Source of the DNA: Actinomycetota bacterium
Lineage (GTDB): Bacteria > Actinomycetota > Acidimicrobiia > Acidimicrobiales > AC-14
Length of the DNA: 64,000 nt
Assembly: GCA_034669165.1 (NCBI GenBank)
Contig: JAXDOC010000014.1
Span: 41,110 to 105,109, forward strand
Direction of reading: 5' to 3'
Shown: in pieces, positions 57,786-64,000 of the stretch
How positions within the stretch are numbered: position 1 is the first letter of the stretch
How the letters are laid out: every line of letters starts with the position of its first letter
Notes under the pieces: generated by a model
Databases searched by the model: none
Told to the model about the DNA's origin: nothing
Seen by the model: only the letters and a program-made list of their open reading frames with translations
Translations under genes and position numbers: made by a program

Positions 57786-58583
57786 GTGGCTCGATCGATG
57801 TGGTCCGGGGCCATCAGCTTCGGGCTGGTGAACGTGCCGGTGAAGCTCTACAGCGCGGTGTCGCCCAAGGACGTCCGCTTCCACCAGATCGACGCCAAGA
57901 GCAAGTCGCGGGTGAAGCAGAAGCGGGTCTCGGCCGCCACCGGCGAGGAGGTCCCCTACGAGGACATCGTCAAGGGCTACGAGCTGGGCCCCGACACCTA
58001 CGTGATGATCTCCCCCGAGGAGCTCAACGCCCTCGACCCCAAGGCCACCCGGTCGATCGACATCGAGGACTTCGTCGACCTCGACCAGATCGACCCCATC
58101 TACTACGACCACCCGTACTACCTGGCGCCCGACAAGGGCGGGGCCAAGGCCTACGTCCTGCTGCGGCGGGCGATGCAGGAGACGAACAAGGTGGGAATCG
58201 CCCGGGTCGTGCTGCGGACCAAGCAGTACCTGGCCGCCATCCGGCCCCTGGGGCGGGCCCTGGTGCTGGAGACGATGCTCTACCCCGACGAGGTCAACCC
58301 CCTCGACGACCTCGAGGTCCCCGGCGACGAGATCGAGGTCACCGAGCGGGAGGAGAAGATGGCCCGCCAGCTCATCGACTCGCTCACCACCGACTTCGAC
58401 CCCGACAAGTACAAGGACGACTACCGCGAGCGGGTCCTCCAGCTCATCGAGCAGAAGGCCGCCGGCCAGGAGATCGTGGTCGAGGAGGCCGCCGACGACG
58501 CCCCCAAGGTCGTCGACCTCATGGCCGCCCTGGAAGCCAGCCTGGCCGCGGTCAAGAAGGGCAAGCCCGCCGACAAGAAGTAG
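57786..58583 (+). CDS. ku: Ku protein (NHEJ DNA end-binding)
   Basis: AGGAGG lies upstream of the GTG. MARSMWSGAISFGLVNVPVKLYSAV...YYLAPDKGGAKAYVLL and a Lys-rich C-terminus are present. Confidence 0.9.
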   Translation: MARSMWSGAISFGLVNVPVKLYSAVSPKDVRFHQIDAKSKSRVKQKRVSAATGEEVPYEDIVKGYELGPDTYVMISPEELNALDPKATRSIDIEDFVDLDQIDPIYYDHPYYLAPDKGGAKAYVLLRRAMQETNKVGIARVVLRTKQYLAAIRPLGRALVLETMLYPDEVNPLDDLEVPGDEIEVTEREEKMARQLIDSLTTDFDPDKYKDDYRERVLQLIEQKAAGQEIVVEEAADDAPKVVDLMAALEASLAAVKKGKPADKK

Positions 58584-58761
58584 GAGGCCCGCCAGGCGTC
58601 GACTCGGCGAGCGAGTGGCACCTGTGGGCCCTGGGAGGGACCTCTCGCGCCATTTGCTCGGCCGGCCGCGACGGGGGTGCCAGCCGCCTCCGAATCGGGT
58701 AGTGGAAAGACACACCCGTTGAGCCGCCAGCGACGTGTCCTGGTCGAGAAGAGAGGTTCGC

Positions 58762-59562
58762 ATGCGTGCCGTCCGCTGGGTGGGTGTCGCAGCCGCCCTG
58801 GCCCTGGGTTCGGCCGCCTGTGGGGTGAACCTCCTCCAGCAGGGCGCCAGCCCCGCCACCACGACCGCGCCGGCCACCACCGCTCCCCCGCCGTCGACGA
58901 CGGTGGCGCCCGAGCCGCCGCTGGCGGTCCCGGAGGCGGGACTGGGCGAGGGAGACAGCGGCGAGGTGGTGGCCGCGCTCGAACGGCGCCTCGACGCCCT
59001 CCACTACGACGTGGGCGCGGTCGACGACCTCTTCGACGCCGACACCGGCCAGGGCGTGACCGCATTCCAGAAGGTCAACGACCTGCCCCGCACCGGACGG
59101 GCCACGCCCGACGTGGCCGCCCGCCTGACCACGGCCCAACCCCCGGCCGCCATCGTCGGCGCCGGCGGGGCCACCCGGGTGGAGGTCGACCTGCCCCACC
59201 AGGTTCTCTTCCTCTACCAGGGCGGCAACCTCGACCGGATCCTCTCCATCTCCACCGGCTCCGGTGAGGACTACTGCTCGACGGAGCACTGCGGCACCGC
59301 CCTCACCCCTCCCGGCAGCTACCGGGTGCACTACCAGGTCGACGGTTGGGACTCGGGCCCCCTGGGCGACCTCTACAACCCCGTCTATTTCGACCCCGAG
59401 ATCGGCCTCGCCATCCACGGGGCCGAGGAGGTCCCCGCCGACCCCGCGTCCCACGGATGCGTCCGCATCTCACTGGCCGCGGCGGAGTGGTTCCCCGACA
59501 AGGCGCCCAAGGGCACCCCGGTCTACATCTCCGACGGCCAGACCGCCCTGCAACCGGTCTAG
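58762..59562 (+). CDS. L,D-transpeptidase lipoprotein with peptidoglycan-binding domain
   Basis: Signal peptide and lipobox-like ALALGSAAC. PG_binding-like segment GDSGEVVAALERRLDALHYDVG...TGQGVTAFQKVNDL. YkuD motif IHGAEEVPADPASHGCVRIS. Confidence 0.85.
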   Translation: MRAVRWVGVAAALALGSAACGVNLLQQGASPATTTAPATTAPPPSTTVAPEPPLAVPEAGLGEGDSGEVVAALERRLDALHYDVGAVDDLFDADTGQGVTAFQKVNDLPRTGRATPDVAARLTTAQPPAAIVGAGGATRVEVDLPHQVLFLYQGGNLDRILSISTGSGEDYCSTEHCGTALTPPGSYRVHYQVDGWDSGPLGDLYNPVYFDPEIGLAIHGAEEVPADPASHGCVRISLAAAEWFPDKAPKGTPVYISDGQTALQPV

Positions 59563-60401
59563 AAGAGACCGCGCATCAGCAGACCCCACGCCACGAGACC
59601 GAAGTGGCGATCGAGCCGGCTCATCACCCGCGCCTCCCCTTGGAGGTCTCCGTCGCTGCGCCGGATGACGAGTCGCTCCGCGCTCTCCCACGCCTCGTCC
59701 CGGGCCTTCTCCACGACGAAGTTGTTGACGAAGTCGAGAGCCCGGGCCACGAAGCCCTCGTCGATCTGGTCGACCAAGCCATCGGTGAACTCGTCCCGCA
59801 GGACCTTGTACTTCATGGCAAAGATGGTGTTGATCCCGTCGTAGTCGAGGCGCTGCTCCCCATGACCGAGAGGCGCTTCGATCACCTCGCACGTCGTCAC
59901 GAGGGCCGCCGCCAGGTCGTAATTGATGTGGGCGTTCACGCCTGCGACGGCGAACTGGATGGGTGCGACTTTCCGGTCTCCCCGTCGCTCGAGCAGCGCT
60001 TTCCACACTCGTGGCACCTCGCCCTCACGCGTCCCCCAGGCTCGGAGGGCGTCGAAGTACCGGTTGGCGAAGGCGACATCGAGCCGGTCGAGAAAGTCGA
60101 AATCGGCGAACCGGCCCGTCCGCAACCAGTCGGCGACCTCGCAGGTGATGACGGTGTAGAGCTTGTTGAACTCGGCCAACCCGTCGTGCTGGGGCGCGGC
60201 GGCATTGATGGCTCGCATGCGATCGATGGCCTCGGCCACGGTCGTGACCGGCTCCCTGATGATCTCCTCGTCTGTCGAGATCCGATCGTCGAAGTCCGGG
60301 TCGATCATGTCCGGTGGTCCGGACCCCTCATCGAAAGCGACGGAGAAACCGGTCACGTCGTCGGGGGGAATCGGGACTCCATCATCCGCCGTAGTTGTCA
60401 T
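59559..60401 (-). CDS. Hypothetical protein (DUF5995-like)
   Basis: 280 aa from the internal ATG at 60401. Composition is coding-like (AVAGVNAHINYDLAAAL...). The family name is from memory only. Confidence 0.55.
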   Translation of the reverse strand: MTTTADDGVPIPPDDVTGFSVAFDEGSGPPDMIDPDFDDRISTDEEIIREPVTTVAEAIDRMRAINAAAPQHDGLAEFNKLYTVITCEVADWLRTGRFADFDFLDRLDVAFANRYFDALRAWGTREGEVPRVWKALLERRGDRKVAPIQFAVAGVNAHINYDLAAALVTTCEVIEAPLGHGEQRLDYDGINTIFAMKYKVLRDEFTDGLVDQIDEGFVARALDFVNNFVVEKARDEAWESAERLVIRRSDGDLQGEARVMSRLDRHFGLVAWGLLMRGLF

Positions 60402-60462
60402 GGCGGCGGACGCTAGCAACGGGCCTCGGCGGGTGCCAGCGATTCCAAGCAATACTGGCGGC

Positions 60463-63400
60463 GTGCCTGGCCGAGCTCTCAGCGCACCGTTTCTCGGGCG
60501 GACGAAGGAATTGGAACAGCTCTCGGCAGCACTTGGCCGGGCCGCGGCCGGTGAGCCCAACGCGGTCATCGTCGGGGGCGATGCAGGGGTGGGCAAGAGC
60601 CGGTTGGTGGGCGAGTTCTGTCGCCAGGCGACCACATCGGGGGCGTGGGTCCTCGTCGGGAGCTGCATCGAGGCCACCGACGACGGGGTGCCCTACAGCC
60701 CCATCGCCGAGGCCCTGCGCCACCTGATGCGGGCCACGTCGGCGCCGGAGCGGGACGACGTGCTCGGGCCCGGCGCCCAGGAGATCGCCCGCCTCGTCCC
60801 CGAGCTCCGCCGCACCCTCGAGCCGGAGCCCGACCACGGCCCGGCCGGCCCCGCCTTCCGCTCCCGGCTGTTCGAGACGGTGCGCGACATCCTCGGCCGC
60901 CTCGGCCAGCGGGCGCCGGTGCTGCTGGTGGTGGAGGACGCCCATTGGGCCGACAGCTCCACCCGCGACCTGCTCACGTTCCTCCTCGTCAACCTCCTGC
61001 GGGAGCCGGTGCTGGTCGTGGTCACCTATCGCAGCGACGAGCTGCCCCGCCGTCATCCGCTGCGGCGCTACCTGGCCGAGCTCTACCGCCGGGGCCGGGT
61101 CGACCGCTTCGAGCTCGCACCCTTCGACCGCGACGAGCTGGTGGCCCAGCTCACTGGCATCCGCGGCCAGCCGCCCGCGCCCGACCTGGTCGACGCCATC
61201 TGGCGGCGGTCCGAAGGCAACCCGTTCCACGCCGAGGAGCTGCTCGCCACCGCCGACGAGGACGAGGACGCGCTGCCCCTCACGCTCCACGACATGCTCA
61301 CCGCCCGCCTGGGCGTGGTCTCGCCCGCGTCGCAGCGGGTACTGCGGGCGGCGTCGGTCGGCGGCGGCGAGGTCGCCCACTGGATATTGGGGGCGGCCAC
61401 CGGCATCGACGACGACCAGCTCGACGACGCCCTGCGGGAGGCGATCGACCACCAGCTGCTCGTCTTCGACCCCGACCGCCGCACCTATCGCTTCCGGCAC
61501 GCCCTCCAGCGGGAGGTGGCCTACGGAGAGCTGCTGTTCGAGGAGCGGACCCGTCTCCACAGCCGCTACGCGGAGGCGCTCAGCCTCCACCCCGAGCTCG
61601 CCGGCACCGTCAGCGAGCGGGTGGCGGAGGTGGCCTACCACTGGTACGCCGCCCAGCGGGCCGACCGGGCCGTGCCCGCCCTGGTCGAGGCGGCGGCGGT
61701 GGCCGAGGGCCTCCACGGCTTCGCCGAGGCCCAGCGTCACTACGAGCGGGCCCTGCAACTCTGGAGCAGGGCCAACGACCCCGAGCGCCTCGTCGGCTGC
61801 AACCGGCCGACGCTACGGGCCCGGGCCGCGGAAGCCGCTCACCTGGCGGGTGACCACGACCAGGCGCGGGTCCTCGTGGGCAAGGCCCTCACCGGGGTCG
61901 ACCCGTCGGCCGACCCGGTCGGGGCCGGCCTGCTCCACGAATCGCTCGGTCGCTACCTGTGGGCCGCGGGCGAGACCGAGGCCGCCCTGGTCGCCTACGA
62001 GGAGGCGGTGGCCCTGGTCGGGGCGGGGGCGGGGCAGGTGGCGGAACGGGCCCGGGTGGTGGCGTCGGTGGCCCAGGCCCTCATGCTCGCCGGCCGCTAC
62101 CGCGAGTCCCGGCGCCAGGCGGAGGAGGCGGTCGAGCTGGCCCGCAGCCTCGACTCCCGACCCTACGAGGGCCAGGCCCGGGCCACCCTCGGCGCCGTCC
62201 TCGTCCTGCTCGGGGAGGACGAAAGCGGGATCGCCCACCTCCGGGAGGCCATCCGTATCCTCGACGGTAACGGCCGCCCCGACGATGTCGGCCGGGCCTA
62301 CCTGAGCCTCTCCGAACTGCTGTCGGGCCCGCTCAACAGGGTCGACGAGGCCGTGGCCACCGCCATGGAGGGCTTGCAACGGGTGCGGGAGCTGGGCATC
62401 GACCGCGTCCACGGCGTGTCCCTGCTGGCGGCGGCTTCCAACGGGCTGTTCCGCCTCGGCCGGTGGGACGAGGCCGATGCCATGCTCGACGAGGCCATGG
62501 CCCTGCGCCCGAGTGGCACCGCCGCCATCGACCTGTACCTGGCCCGGGGCCGGATGTCGGTGGGGCGGGGGCGGTTCGTCGACGCCGCGACCGACCTCGA
62601 CACCGCCCGGGCGCTGTCGGCCCGGGCCCTCGCCCCCCAGTACCGCGCCCCCCTGAGCACCCTCACGGCAGGGCTGGCCCTGTGGGAGGGCGAGCTGGAC
62701 AAGGCGTGCGACGCGGTGGAAGAGGGGCTGAAGGCGATCAGCGGCACCGACGACCCCTGGTTCGGCGCCCCGTTGATCTGGCACGGGCTGCGGGCCCAGG
62801 CCGACCGGGCCGAGCGGGCGCGGGCCCGCCAGTCGGAGGCGGAGCTGGCGTCGGCCCGTTCGACGGCTGCTGACCTGGTGGCCGACATGGACCGGCTGGT
62901 GGCGGCGTCCCAGAGCCTGCCCTTCGCCTACGCCGGCATCATCGACGCCTACCAGCGCCTGGCCCGGGCCGAGCAGGCGCGGGTCGACGGCTTCCCGTCG
63001 CCGCCGCTCTGGGAGGAAGCGGCCGCGGCCTGGGACGCAGTGGGCCAGCCCTATCCGGCGGCCTACGCCCGCTACCGGGGCGGCGAGGCCACCCTCTACC
63101 TGCGGGAGGGCGGGGGGGCGGCCGCCGCCGCCCGCCTGCTCCGGGAGGCGCACGCCACCGCGGTGGCGTTGGGCGCGGCGCCGTTCCAGGCCGAGATCGA
63201 GCGGCTGGCGACCCGGGCCCGGGTCACCCTGACGTCGCCCGACGAGCCGGCGCCGCCCGCCGAGCCCGAGCCGGCCCCGTTCGGCCTGACGTCCCGGGAG
63301 CGGGAGGTGCTGGGCCTCATCGCCGGGGGGGCGTCGAACCGCACGATCGCCACCGCCCTGTTCATCAGCGAGAAGACGGCCAGCGTCCATGTGTCCCACA

Positions 63401-63477
63401 TCCTGGCCAAGCTCGGGGTCACGAGCCGGGTCGAGGCCGCGTCCGTCGCCCACCGCATGGAGTCCGCCCAGAAGTAA
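60463..63477 (+). CDS. Large ATP-binding LuxR-family transcriptional regulator (LAL/MalT-like)
   Basis: GTG at 60463. An N-terminal P-loop (VGGDAGVGKSRL), a long TPR-like middle region and a C-terminal LuxR HTH (LTSREREVLGLIAGGASNRTIATALFISEKTASVHVSHILAKLGV) are present. Confidence 0.85.
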   Translation: MPGRALSAPFLGRTKELEQLSAALGRAAAGEPNAVIVGGDAGVGKSRLVGEFCRQATTSGAWVLVGSCIEATDDGVPYSPIAEALRHLMRATSAPERDDVLGPGAQEIARLVPELRRTLEPEPDHGPAGPAFRSRLFETVRDILGRLGQRAPVLLVVEDAHWADSSTRDLLTFLLVNLLREPVLVVVTYRSDELPRRHPLRRYLAELYRRGRVDRFELAPFDRDELVAQLTGIRGQPPAPDLVDAIWRRSEGNPFHAEELLATADEDEDALPLTLHDMLTARLGVVSPASQRVLRAASVGGGEVAHWILGAATGIDDDQLDDALREAIDHQLLVFDPDRRTYRFRHALQREVAYGELLFEERTRLHSRYAEALSLHPELAGTVSERVAEVAYHWYAAQRADRAVPALVEAAAVAEGLHGFAEAQRHYERALQLWSRANDPERLVGCNRPTLRARAAEAAHLAGDHDQARVLVGKALTGVDPSADPVGAGLLHESLGRYLWAAGETEAALVAYEEAVALVGAGAGQVAERARVVASVAQALMLAGRYRESRRQAEEAVELARSLDSRPYEGQARATLGAVLVLLGEDESGIAHLREAIRILDGNGRPDDVGRAYLSLSELLSGPLNRVDEAVATAMEGLQRVRELGIDRVHGVSLLAAASNGLFRLGRWDEADAMLDEAMALRPSGTAAIDLYLARGRMSVGRGRFVDAATDLDTARALSARALAPQYRAPLSTLTAGLALWEGELDKACDAVEEGLKAISGTDDPWFGAPLIWHGLRAQADRAERARARQSEAELASARSTAADLVADMDRLVAASQSLPFAYAGIIDAYQRLARAEQARVDGFPSPPLWEEAAAAWDAVGQPYPAAYARYRGGEATLYLREGGGAAAAARLLREAHATAVALGAAPFQAEIERLATRARVTLTSPDEPAPPAEPEPAPFGLTSREREVLGLIAGGASNRTIATALFISEKTASVHVSHILAKLGVTSRVEAASVAHRMESAQK

Positions 63478-64000
63478 GGGCCCGAAAGTAAGGGTCCATT
63501 CCGGCCCAGGTAAGGCATCCTCCCGATGCGCCGGTCGGGCCACCCGACGAAACTCTGTCCCAGGCGGGTGCAACCACTCGACCAGCCAGGATGACGGTTT
63601 CAGCAGTGATCGCAACACCGGAGGACACGGCGGAAAGGTCGAATCCGGGCGGCGGGGCGATCAGTGCGGCGGAGAAATCGTCGACCTGGTTGGTCGGCTG
63701 GAGCATTTGCCGGTTCGACGGGTTTCGCCAGTGGCGATTGCGATCGGGGGGTCGCTGAACATGACTTGTCTTCGACGTTGCCGGGCCCGACGGCCTGGAT
63801 CTGCCTGCACCGCCGACCGCGGCCTCAACCGCCCGTCCCGGCCTCCGACCACGGGCCTGTGCCCATCTCGTCCGCCACGTCTTCGGGCGTCGTGGTGTCG
63901 GCCACTCGGCCGTTCACCGACGACCGACGTCGTGGCCACAACCTCCGCGATCGGGTCCCCGATCGTCGAGTAGCAGGCCGGGGTGGAGGCGACGGGACGC

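Noticed and set aside
63637-63646. GGTCGAATCC, resembling a tRNA T-loop
   Set aside because: I could not fold the surrounding ~75 nt into an acceptor/D/anticodon/T cloverleaf on either strand, and the flanking bases do not form a 5-bp T-stem.
63478-64000. ORFs 63389-63973 (+), 63419-63706 (-) and 63661-63939 (-) at the right edge
   Set aside because: I recognised no motifs. Composition is poor or junk-like, and the ORFs conflict with each other and overlap the end of the LuxR gene. The region is left unannotated.

Overview
A 64-kb, very GC-rich chromosomal segment with actinobacterial-type gene content: HelD, UdgX-like glycosylase, DUF222/HNH (REP13E12-like) genes, hemE-cpfC-cgoX coproporphyrin heme genes, Ku, and MurA with Asp at the fosfomycin site. 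All calls come from reading the ORF track and sequence by eye, using motifs and remembered family signatures. No database search was run. I support about 55 protein genes, one TPP riboswitch, one tandem repeat and one mobile element. I saw no rRNA, tRNA or CRISPR array. Many of the longest ORFs in the track are high-GC wrong-frame or antisense artefacts and were trimmed or rejected.

Most of the window is housekeeping or accessory metabolism: murA, pyk, thiC, heme genes, ABC exporter, aldehyde dehydrogenase, CDF and FTR1 metal transport, and L,D-transpeptidases.

Four things stand out:
1. A ~9.4-kb integrative element (37767-47129) has imperfect inverted ends. It is inserted exactly inside the KxDG active-site codons of an NHEJ-type ATP-dependent DNA ligase, and the two gene halves re-join in frame. 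The element carries three tyrosine-recombinase-family genes, a small HTH gene and its own complete ligase paralog, all translationally coupled.
2. A translationally coupled NACHT-STAND NTPase / UbiA prenyltransferase / CHAT protease operon (52183-57757). It looks like an undescribed NLR-type conflict system.
3. Three paralogous small acidic Ala/Asp/Asn-repeat peptides share a leader-like N-terminus (48130-49106). They are followed by an M50/S2P membrane protease with a PqqD/RRE-like N-terminal domain and by a secreted CxxC protein. This is a RiPP-like or secreted-peptide locus with no recognisable modification enzyme.
4. An ORF of 46 codons that is absent from the ORF track (14796-14936) encodes an SmtA/BmtA-type bacterial metallothionein.
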